Shown here: positions 9,182 to 16,621 of the stretch, in pieces
Layout of the letters: each line of letters opens with the position of its first letter
How positions within the stretch are numbered: the first letter of the stretch is position 1
Origin: Paracoccaceae bacterium
GTDB lineage: Bacteria > Pseudomonadota > Alphaproteobacteria > Rhodobacterales > Rhodobacteraceae
Assembly (NCBI GenBank): GCA_040383215.1
Contig: JBEIDZ010000001.1
Span: forward strand, 1 to 36,531
Length of the DNA stretch: 36,531 nt
Direction of reading: 5' to 3'
The notes under the pieces: generated by a model
Told to the model about the DNA's origin: nothing
Seen by the model: only the letters and a program-made list of their open reading frames with translations
Databases searched by the model: none
Translations under genes and position numbers: made by a program

Positions 9182-10264
9182 ATGTCAGAGGGCATGGGAC
9201 TTGGACCGGACAGGAGCGAGACGATCGCGCGGGCGCGGGCCGACCTCGACATCGGGCTGCCGGTCGTCCTGACCGGCGGCGGCAGGGCGGTGCTGGCGGC
9301 AGCTGCCGAAACAGTGAACGGCGCGAGGCTGAGCGAGCTTGCGGCGGCGGGATCGGCCGTGCTGGCGGTGACGGGCTACCGGGCCGCGATGCTGAAGGCG
9401 CGCGCCTATGACGGCGATCTGGCGCGGATCGTGCTGCCGAAGGGTGCCGGCCTTGGCTGGGTGCGGGCCGTTGCCGACCCCGCCCATGACCTGATGACCC
9501 CGCTCAAGGGCCCGCTGGCGACCGAGCGCGAGGGCGACGCAGGGCTGCACCGGGCGGCGGTGGCGCTGTGCAAGGCGGCGCGGCTTCTGCCGGCGGCGGT
9601 CGTCGTGCCGGTGGCGGACACGGCGCTGCCCGCCGGGCTGACCGTGGTCAGCGCGGCTGCAGTCGGCGCGGAGCCTTCTCCGGTGGCCGAGGTCGTGTCG
9701 GCCCGGGTCCCTCTGGCGGTATCGGAGGCGGGGCGAGTGCACGTCTTCCGTTCGGCCGACGGGGCAGAGGAGCATTACGCGGTCGAGATCGGCCAGCCGC
9801 CGCGTGACCGGCCCGTGCTGGCGCGGCTGCATTCGGCCTGTTTCACCGGCGACCTGCTCGGGTCGCTCAAGTGCGACTGCGGGGCGCAGCTTCAGGCGGC
9901 GCTGGCGCGCATGGGGGCCGAGGGGGCCGGGGTGCTGCTCTACCTCAACCAGGAAGGCCGGGGGATCGGGCTGGCCAACAAGCTTCGCGCCTATGCGCTG
10001 CAGGACCAGGGTTTCGACACGGTCGAGGCCAATCACCGGCTGGGCTTCGCCGATGACGAGCGCGATTTCCGGACCGGGGCCGAAGTCCTCAGGCGGATGG
10101 GGTTTTCGGCCGTGCGGCTGCTGACCAACAACCCGGCCAAGGTACGGCGGATGGAGGAATGCGGGATGACCGTGGCCGAGCGGGTGCCGCTCAGGGTGGG
10201 CAGGACGCCGCAGAACGCGGGCTATCTGGCGACCAAAGCCGCGAAGTCGGGCCATCTGATGTGA
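9182..10264 (+). CDS. ribA: GTP cyclohydrolase II with an N-terminal degenerate RibB-like domain
   Basis: C-terminal half has RLHSACFTGDLLGSLKCDCGAQL (Zn-Cys motif) and NQEGRGIGLANKLRAYALQ. Start is uncertain: ATG 9113, 9182 or 9194. Confidence 0.85.
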   Translation: MSEGMGLGPDRSETIARARADLDIGLPVVLTGGGRAVLAAAAETVNGARLSELAAAGSAVLAVTGYRAAMLKARAYDGDLARIVLPKGAGLGWVRAVADPAHDLMTPLKGPLATEREGDAGLHRAAVALCKAARLLPAAVVVPVADTALPAGLTVVSAAAVGAEPSPVAEVVSARVPLAVSEAGRVHVFRSADGAEEHYAVEIGQPPRDRPVLARLHSACFTGDLLGSLKCDCGAQLQAALARMGAEGAGVLLYLNQEGRGIGLANKLRAYALQDQGFDTVEANHRLGFADDERDFRTGAEVLRRMGFSAVRLLTNNPAKVRRMEECGMTVAERVPLRVGRTPQNAGYLATKAAKSGHLM

Positions 10265-10295
10265 CCGCGGGAAGCGGCGGCGCGCGGGGCGGGGG

Positions 10296-10805
10296 ATGAG
10301 CGGGCGGTTCAGGGACAGGCGCGATCTGGTCGTGACGCCGTCGGGGCTGCGGTTCATGGGGCGGCACTTTGCCTGCACGCTGGGGCGCGGGGGCGTGACC
10401 GACGACAAGCGCGAAGGCGACGGCTGCACGCCGCGGGGGGTGCACGGGCTGATCGGGATGCTCTACCGGCCCGACAGGCTGGCCGCGCCGGCGGACTGGT
10501 CGTTGCCGGTCGGGCCCTGCGATCTCTGGTCGGACGATCCGCGGGACGAGGATTACAACCTCATGGTGCGCGCGCCCCATCCGCATTCGCATGAAAGGCT
10601 GCGGCGCGCGGACCCGCTTTACGACATCGTGATCCTGACCGACTGGAACTGGCCGCGGGCCCGGCGCGGGCGGGGGTCGGCGATCTTTGTCCACGCCTGG
10701 CGCCGGCCGGGGGTGCCGACGGCGGGCTGCGTGGCGGTCGCACCGGAGGCATTGCGCTGGATTGCGCCGCGCATCACCGTGGCGTCGCGCCTGGTCGTGG
10801 TCTGA
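10296..10805 (+). CDS. L,D-transpeptidase (YkuD) catalytic-domain protein
   Basis: Active-site-like motif SAIFVHAWRRPGVPTAGCVAV (His ... Gly-Cys). 169 aa, no obvious signal peptide. Confidence 0.7.
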   Translation: MSGRFRDRRDLVVTPSGLRFMGRHFACTLGRGGVTDDKREGDGCTPRGVHGLIGMLYRPDRLAAPADWSLPVGPCDLWSDDPRDEDYNLMVRAPHPHSHERLRRADPLYDIVILTDWNWPRARRGRGSAIFVHAWRRPGVPTAGCVAVAPEALRWIAPRITVASRLVVV

Positions 10806-10823
10806 CCGGCGCGGGCAGACCGC

Positions 10824-11582
10824 TCAGGGCGGGGGGATGGCCGCGGCATAGCCTTCGACCAGGCCCATCGTGACAAGCGTCCAGCCATCGACCACCACGA
10901 AGAAGGCCAGCTTGAAGGGCAGTGCGACGATGGCGGGCGGCACCATCATCATCCCCATCGACATCAGGACCGCCGCGACGACGAGGTCGATCACCAGGAA
11001 GGGCAGGAAGACCAGGAAGCCGACAAGGAAGGCACGCTGGATTTCGGACAGGATGAAGGAGGGAACAAGCACCGACAGCGGCATCGCGCCGGGATCGGAG
11101 AGGGCGGGATCGACATCCGGCCGGTAGGCGGCGATCGTGGCAAGCGTGTCGGAATCCACCCGGCCGGCCATGAAGGCGCGGAAAGGGTCGGTCGCCAGAC
11201 CGAACGCGGCCTCGATCGGCAGGGTGCCGTCCAGCCAGGGCGAGATGCCGTCGGCCCAGGCGGCAAGGAACACCGGCTCCATCACGAACCAGGTCAGAAA
11301 CAGCGCGAGGCTGACCAGCAGCATGTTGGGCGGGGCCTGCTGCAGCCCGATGGCCTGACGCAGGACAGACAAGACCGTGATGATGAAGGGAAAGCAGGTC
11401 ACCATCACGAGCAGCCCCGGAACGAGGCTGATCAGTCCGACCAGGATGACCAGCTGGAGCGCCCGGTTGGCCAGCGATCCGTCACCCAGCGCGGCGGCCA
11501 GATCCTGCGCGGCAGCCGGCCCGGCCACCAGAAGGAGCCCCAGCGCGAGGACGGCGGGCGCGAGGGCGCGGCGGTCGGTCAT
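10824..11582 (-). CDS. fliP: Flagellar export apparatus protein FliP
   Basis: Signal-like N-terminus, then LQLVILVGLISLVPGLLVMVTCFPFIITVLSVLRQAIGLQQAPPN, typical of FliP. Start overlaps the fliN stop (ATGA). Confidence 0.95.
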   Translation of the reverse strand: MTDRRALAPAVLALGLLLVAGPAAAQDLAAALGDGSLANRALQLVILVGLISLVPGLLVMVTCFPFIITVLSVLRQAIGLQQAPPNMLLVSLALFLTWFVMEPVFLAAWADGISPWLDGTLPIEAAFGLATDPFRAFMAGRVDSDTLATIAAYRPDVDPALSDPGAMPLSVLVPSFILSEIQRAFLVGFLVFLPFLVIDLVVAAVLMSMGMMMVPPAIVALPFKLAFFVVVDGWTLVTMGLVEGYAAAIPPP

Positions 11583-11866
11583 CCCGGGGTCCGCAGGGCG
11601 ACTTCGATCAGCCTCACACCGAGTTGTCCCGGTTCGGGACCGTCGAGTTCGATCAGTTCCCCCCGCGCGATCAGCCGGTCGCCGATGTAGAGTTCGACCG
11701 GATCGTCGATCCTGCGGTCAAGCCGCAGGACGGCGTTTTCGCCGAGCGCGAGCAGGTCGCGGACAAGCGGGCGGGCGCGGCCGACGGCGACGGTGACCTC
11801 GATCGGCACCTGGCGCAGGGGGTGGTCGTCGGAGGTTTCGCCCGACAGGGGGAAGCGGTCATCCAT
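11579..11866 (-). CDS. fliN: Flagellar motor switch protein FliN (SpoA domain only, 95 aa)
   Basis: VPIEVTVAVGRARPLVRDLLALGENAVLRLDRRIDDPVELYIGDRLIARGELIELDG matches the FliN/SpoA surface-presentation domain. Confidence 0.9.
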   Translation of the reverse strand: MDDRFPLSGETSDDHPLRQVPIEVTVAVGRARPLVRDLLALGENAVLRLDRRIDDPVELYIGDRLIARGELIELDGPEPGQLGVRLIEVALRTPG

Positions 11867-12440
11867 GATTGCTCAGTCCTTGCTGGGAAAGCTCGGGGGC
11901 GGCGCCGTCGTCAAAGGCGGCGATGATGTCGTGCAGGGCGGCGACCAGGGCGGGCGTATCAAGCACCGTCTGCCCCACCCCATGCCCGATCCTCGCCTGC
12001 CCCGGGGCAAGCGCAGGGTCGGGTGTCACCCGGATCGGCGGCAGGCTGGCCAGGAGGGTCGAGACACGCAGGATTTCTTCGGGCGAAAGGTGAAGCTCGG
12101 GTGCCGCGGCAACATCGGCGGCTGCCGCCCGGCCCAGCGCCTCGGCGAGGTGGAGCGGAAAGGCTTCGCCGGCCAGATCGGGGATGAGCCGATCGGCGAG
12201 CGCCCGGAAGAAGGGGATGAGCGCAGCAAGCACGGCCGCCCGCGCCTCGGCCCAGGTGAAGGTGAGGTCCGAAAGCGCCGCGATCGCCGCCTCTTCGGCA
12301 AGGGCCCGGCGGCGGGCGTCGCTCTCGGCCGCTTCGGCCAGGCCGCGGGCATGGCCCGCCTGCCAGTCGGCCGAGGGTTCGTCGCGCGCCGGGGCGACGG
12401 GACCGGTATCGAAAGGCTCGAACCGGAGCGGGCGGGTCAT
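11859..12440 (-). CDS. Flagellar-operon protein, FliH-like (putative export ATPase regulator)
   Basis: 193-aa Ala/Glu/Arg-rich ORF wedged between fliF (stop 12442) and fliN (8-nt overlap). Position, size and the acidic/helical N-half suggest FliH, but I see no diagnostic motif. Confidence 0.55.
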   Translation of the reverse strand: MTRPLRFEPFDTGPVAPARDEPSADWQAGHARGLAEAAESDARRRALAEEAAIAALSDLTFTWAEARAAVLAALIPFFRALADRLIPDLAGEAFPLHLAEALGRAAAADVAAAPELHLSPEEILRVSTLLASLPPIRVTPDPALAPGQARIGHGVGQTVLDTPALVAALHDIIAAFDDGAAPELSQQGLSNHG

Positions 12441-12441
12441 G

Positions 12442-13980
12442 TCAGCTGCGCTCCCGCGCGGGGGGCGTTTCGATCCAGGACTGCAGCAGGCGGGCGCTTT
12501 CGTCCTTGCGTTCGTCGATCAGCTTGCGGATGCGGCTGACCGGATCGATGACCTCGACCTGACCGGCAGGCTGCAGGCTGCCGCCGCCGGCCATTGCTGC
12601 GGCGTCGGCCGGCGGGGCAAGCGCTGGCGGCATCGCCGGCGGCGGCGGCAGGCGGCCCTGCTGGGCCAGGATCGGACGGACGACAAAGAGCCCGAGCACA
12701 AGTGCCACGACCGCCAGCACGGCAAGACGGATGAGGGACATCAGGTCAAACGGGATCCCGGCCGAGACGGCCTCGGTCCCGGTGTCGGGCAGCGGTTCGA
12801 AGGACATCGACCGCACCGTGATGACATCGCCCCGCTCTTCGCTGAAGCCGACCGCTGAGGCGACGAGTTCGCGCAGGGCGTCAAGCTCCTCGGCGGTGCG
12901 CGGCTGGACCTGGACTGCACCCTCGGCATCCGTCACGGTCAGGTCGTTGACGAGCACTGCAACCGTCAGCCGGCGGATGTCGCCGGGCGCGCGGATGATC
13001 TCGCGGCTCGTTTCGGACACCTCGTAATTGGTCAGGGCGCGGTTGGTCGCCTCTTCCGACGACGAATTGCCGCCATTCTGCCCCGCATCGCCATCGGGAA
13101 GGTTGGAGGCGACAGTGACATCGCCCTGCGCCGAATCGGATGACCGGGAGGTCGACTCCTCCACATCGGTCGAGATAGCGACGCGTCCTTCGGGGTCGAT
13201 CCGGCGTTCGAGGATCGATTCGCTTTCCGTCACGGTGTCCACCGTGATCTCGACCACGGCATTGCCCGGACCGACGCGCGCGGCCAGCAGCCGTTCCGCC
13301 CGGGCCTGCAGCATGTCCGCCCGGTCGGACCCGCCGGCAGCAAGCACACCGTCCTGCGGAACGAGACCGCGCTCCGAATCGATCACCGCCACGTTTTCGG
13401 GCAGAAGCCCGGAGACGGCCGAGGCCACGAGGAAGCGGAGCGCCTCGACCTGTGCCGGGGCAAGCGGGGCGGCCGTCGTGACGGTGACGGCGGCGCTGGT
13501 GTCCGCAGCACGCGCAAAGGGCCGCGCCACCGGGACGGAGATATGGACGCGCGCACCGCGGATGCCCGGAGAGGCCAGGATGGTCCGCGCGAGTTCCCCT
13601 TCCTTGGCGCGCAGATAGGCCGCATCGAACATCTGTGCCGTCGTGCCGAAGCCCGAGAGTGAATCGAGCAGTTCGTAACCCTGGCCGCCATTTTGCGGCA
13701 GGCCTTCCGAGGCAAGCGTCATGCGGAGCATGTCGCGCTGGGCCGACGGGACATAGATGGCCGCGCCGCGGACTTCGTAGGCGACCCCCTGCTGTTCGAG
13801 GGCGGCAACGACACCGCCGGCGGCCCCGGCATCGAGCCCGGCATAAAGCAGGGCCATGTCCGGTTGCGAGGCGCCGCGGGCGAGCAGCAGGACTGCCGCG
13901 AAGACGCCGAGTGTGGCGGCGACCAGGGCGATGCGCCGTCGCAGGTCAAGACCCATCCAGATCGACGCGAGGTTGTTCAA
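12442..13980 (-). CDS. fliF: Flagellar MS-ring protein FliF
   Basis: W-LD-RRRI N-terminus, TM helix, then YAGLD...VAALEQQGVAYEV...IYVP...R..LA..GLP and the RAKEGELARTI motif. ORF track starts at GTG 13998. I prefer TTG 13980 because AGGAGG lies 5 nt upstream of it. Confidence 0.93.
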   Translation of the reverse strand: MNNLASIWMGLDLRRRIALVAATLGVFAAVLLLARGASQPDMALLYAGLDAGAAGGVVAALEQQGVAYEVRGAAIYVPSAQRDMLRMTLASEGLPQNGGQGYELLDSLSGFGTTAQMFDAAYLRAKEGELARTILASPGIRGARVHISVPVARPFARAADTSAAVTVTTAAPLAPAQVEALRFLVASAVSGLLPENVAVIDSERGLVPQDGVLAAGGSDRADMLQARAERLLAARVGPGNAVVEITVDTVTESESILERRIDPEGRVAISTDVEESTSRSSDSAQGDVTVASNLPDGDAGQNGGNSSSEEATNRALTNYEVSETSREIIRAPGDIRRLTVAVLVNDLTVTDAEGAVQVQPRTAEELDALRELVASAVGFSEERGDVITVRSMSFEPLPDTGTEAVSAGIPFDLMSLIRLAVLAVVALVLGLFVVRPILAQQGRLPPPPAMPPALAPPADAAAMAGGGSLQPAGQVEVIDPVSRIRKLIDERKDESARLLQSWIETPPARERS

Positions 13981-14039
13981 GTCAGCCTCCTGAAGCACCG
14001 GACCGTTCTGATCCGCGACGTCAGTTAGGCCGGGCAGAC

Positions 14040-14054
14040 TTAATTATCGGTTAG
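14040..14054. promoter_or_regulatory. Candidate CtrA-type box TTAA-N7-TTAG in the fliF/fliL divergent intergenic region
   Basis: Read directly: TTAAttatcggTTAG. One mismatch to the TTAA-N7-TTAA(C) consensus. Lies in the least GC-rich patch of the window, between two divergent flagellar operons. Confidence 0.35.
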
Positions 14055-14108
14055 TCCCTTCCCGCTATCGCTTGGCCCCGCTGCCGTAGAAACGCCAGGG
14101 TCCCGCCG

Positions 14109-14753
14109 ATGACTGCCACCGCGACCGATACCCCCGCACCGAAGCGGTCCAAACTGCCGCTGATACTCGGGCTGGTGCTCGGGCTCGCGGGTGCGGGCGG
14201 GGGGTTCATGGCGACGAGGCTCGGCCTGATCGCCCTGCCGGGCGCGGCAGATGCGGAGGGCGCGCACGAGGGCGAATCGGGCGCAACGCCGGCCGGGGAC
14301 GATCATGGCGGGGCCGAAGAGGATCACGCAGCAGCGGCCGATGACCATGCGGCCACCGACGACCACGGGGCCGCCGATGACCACGGGGCCGCCGGCGATG
14401 ACCATGCGGCCGAGGACAAGGGACATGCCGGTGAGGAGGGCGGCAGCGTGGCTCCGGCACGTTTTGTCGCGCTCGATCCGATGATCGTCAACGTCGGCGC
14501 GGAAGGGGGCGACCGTTACCTGCGATTCGTGGCGCAGATCGAGGCGGCACCCGGCCACGCGGTCGAGGTGGAAGCGATCAAGCCACGCTTTGCCGATGTG
14601 CTGAACGGATACCTGCGCGCCGTGGACATCGCCGATCTCGAGAATCCCCGGGCGCTCGACATGCTGCGGGGGCAGATGCTGCGCCGGTTGCAGACCGTCG
14701 CAGGCGAGGGGGCGATACGTGACCTTCTCATCGTGGAATTCGTGCTCAACTAG
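14109..14753 (+). CDS. fliL: Flagellar basal-body-associated protein FliL (with His/Asp-rich repeat insertion)
   Basis: N-terminal TM helix (KLPLILGLVLGLAGAGGGF). C-terminal FliL core FVALDPMIVNV...YLRFVAQIE...KPRFADVLNGYLR...LLIVEFVLN. Confidence 0.9.
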   Translation: MTATATDTPAPKRSKLPLILGLVLGLAGAGGGFMATRLGLIALPGAADAEGAHEGESGATPAGDDHGGAEEDHAAAADDHAATDDHGAADDHGAAGDDHAAEDKGHAGEEGGSVAPARFVALDPMIVNVGAEGGDRYLRFVAQIEAAPGHAVEVEAIKPRFADVLNGYLRAVDIADLENPRALDMLRGQMLRRLQTVAGEGAIRDLLIVEFVLN

Positions 14754-14767
14754 GAAAGGACACAAGG

Positions 14768-15124
14768 ATGCCAGAACTGGCAGACCTCCTGCTGGCCGCC
14801 GGGGCGATTGCCGCCACCGTGTATTGTTTCGTCCTCTCGCGCAGGCTGCGCCGCTTTACCGACCTGGAAAACGGCGTGGGCGGTGCGGTTGCCGTTCTGG
14901 CCGGACAGGTCGATGACCTGTCGCGCACCTTCGCGGGCGCGCAGTCGGCGACCCGCAGCACCGCGGCAACCCTGGGGGAAGTCTGCGAAAGGGCCGAGGC
15001 GGCGGGCCGCCGGATCGAGCTCCTGCTTGCGGCGATGCATGACCTGCCCGAGCCGCCGGCCAATGCCTATCCCTCGATGCCGGTCTTCCATCGCCATCCC
15101 GATTCGAAGCGGAGACGGGTATGA
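14768..15124 (+). CDS. Hypothetical single-pass membrane protein in the fliL operon (118 aa)
   Basis: ATG 14768 with AAGGA-type RBS upstream. One TM helix (LADLLLAAGAIAATVYCFVL), a helical segment, and a basic tail (KRRRV). Stop overlaps the next start (ATGA 15121-15124). Confidence 0.7.
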   Translation: MPELADLLLAAGAIAATVYCFVLSRRLRRFTDLENGVGGAVAVLAGQVDDLSRTFAGAQSATRSTAATLGEVCERAEAAGRRIELLLAAMHDLPEPPANAYPSMPVFHRHPDSKRRRV

Positions 15125-15669
15125 GGGTCCTTCCGATCGTTGCGGGGCTGCTTCTGTCGTCCGCCGTGCTGCGCGCTGCGGGGCTTGCCGGGGCGGTCCA
15201 GGCCGAGGCCGAGGCCCCGGAACAGGCGGTGGCCGAAACCGGGCTGATCTGCGACGGGCCGCAGGCCAGCGCCAGCATGATCGAAGACTTCCGCGCCCGC
15301 GAGGAGCGGCTGCTCGCGCGGGAGGCCGCGGTCGTGGACCGGGCGCGCGCCCTTGGCGTTGCCGAGGCCGAGATGGACGAAAAGCTTGCCGCGCTCGGCG
15401 TAGCGGAGAAGTCGCTCGGCGCGCTGCTCGCCATGGCCAAGTCCGCAGCAAGCGATGATCTCGCGCAGCTCACGGCTGTCTATGAGGCGATGAAGCCGGC
15501 CGAGGCTGCGGCGATCTTTGCCCAGATGGATCCCTTCCTTGCGGCCGGTTTCCTCGGGATGATGCGCCCCGAATCGGCGGCCGCGGTGATGGCCGGCCTC
15601 GAGCCGGGGGCGGCCTATGCAATCAGCGCGCTGATCGCGGGGCGGCACATGGACGTTCCGACGGAATGA
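15121..15669 (+). CDS. MotE-like / MgtE-N-like periplasmic flagellar protein
   Basis: Signal peptide MRVLPIVAGLLLSSAVLRAAG, a coiled-coil segment, then VYEAMKPAEAAAIFAQMDPFLAAGFLGMMRPESAAAVMAGLEP, which resembles the MgtE-N/MotE repeat. Confidence 0.65.
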   Translation: MRVLPIVAGLLLSSAVLRAAGLAGAVQAEAEAPEQAVAETGLICDGPQASASMIEDFRAREERLLAREAAVVDRARALGVAEAEMDEKLAALGVAEKSLGALLAMAKSAASDDLAQLTAVYEAMKPAEAAAIFAQMDPFLAAGFLGMMRPESAAAVMAGLEPGAAYAISALIAGRHMDVPTE

Positions 15670-15754
15670 CGCAGCACGGGCTCACGAAGGCTTAACCCCG
15701 ACCGTTTCATCATCATCGCGCAGCGCGCATGCTGCGAATCTGCCAGGACATCGC

Positions 15755-16621
15755 ATGATCGGCATCGTCGGCATCGTCGTCGTATTTGTCATGGTCTTCG
15801 GGGGCTACCTGATGGCCGGTGGCAAGCTCGGGATCATCCTGAAGTCGCTGCCGTTCGAGCTGATGATGATCGGTGGGGCCGCGGTCGGTGCCTTCCTGCT
15901 CTCGAACGACTTCGGGTCGGTCAAGCATGCGCTCAAGGACATGGCCAAGGTCTTCAAGGGACCGAAGTGGAAGGCCGACGACTACCGCGACCTGCTCTGC
16001 CTGCTCTTCGAACTCATCCGCCTGGCGCGGGCCAATCCGGTCGCGGTCGAGGAGCATATCGAGAATCCCGGCAATTCGGCGATCTTCGGCCGTTATCCCC
16101 GCATCCTGAAGGACAAGGAGGCGATCGGCCTGATCTGCGACACGCTGCGGGCCGCCTCGATGAATTACGACGACCCCCATCAGGTGGAGGAAGTGCTGGA
16201 CAAGCGGATGGAAAGCTACCGCCACCATGCGCTGCATTCCACCCATGCCCTGCAGACGGTGGCCGACGGGCTGCCTGCCCTGGGCATCGTCGCGGCGGTG
16301 CTGGGCGTGATCAAGACCATGGCCTCGATCGACCAGCCGCCCGAGGTGCTGGGCAAGATGATCGGCGGGGCGCTCGTCGGCACGTTCCTCGGCGTGTTCC
16401 TGGCCTATGGGCTGGTCGGGCCCTGCGCGGCGCGGCTGAAGACCGTGATCGAGGACGAGGCGCATTTCCACATGCTGATCCGCGAGGTTCTGGTGGCCAA
16501 CCTCCACCGACATCCCCCCAACATCTGCATCGAAGTGGGGCGGCAGAATGCCCCCTCTTCGGTCCGGCCGAGCTTTGGCGACCTCGAAGCCGCGCTGAAG
16601 GCCACGAAGGAGGCCGCATGA
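15755..16621 (+). CDS. motA: Flagellar stator protein MotA
   Basis: MIGIVGIVVVFVMVFGGYLMAGGKLG N-terminus. C-terminal TM pair with LPALGIVAAVLGVIKTM, typical of the MotA/TolQ/ExbB family. 288 aa. Confidence 0.93.
   Translation: MIGIVGIVVVFVMVFGGYLMAGGKLGIILKSLPFELMMIGGAAVGAFLLSNDFGSVKHALKDMAKVFKGPKWKADDYRDLLCLLFELIRLARANPVAVEEHIENPGNSAIFGRYPRILKDKEAIGLICDTLRAASMNYDDPHQVEEVLDKRMESYRHHALHSTHALQTVADGLPALGIVAAVLGVIKTMASIDQPPEVLGKMIGGALVGTFLGVFLAYGLVGPCAARLKTVIEDEAHFHMLIREVLVANLHRHPPNICIEVGRQNAPSSVRPSFGDLEAALKATKEAA

Noticed and set aside
15692-15706. CtrA half-site TTAAC upstream of motA
   Set aside because: Only one half-site is present: TTAA-N7 is followed by CGTT. This is not enough to call a box. 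The nearby 6-bp inverted repeat cgcagc-N6-gctgcg (15719-15736) is unremarkable in GC-rich DNA.
15967-16617. N-terminal 217-aa extension of the 929-aa track ORF, overlapping motA out of frame
   Set aside because: The extension is Arg/Gly/Pro-rich and lies entirely inside motA. A coupled ATG (16618) followed by a signal peptide gives a sensible 712-aa protein.
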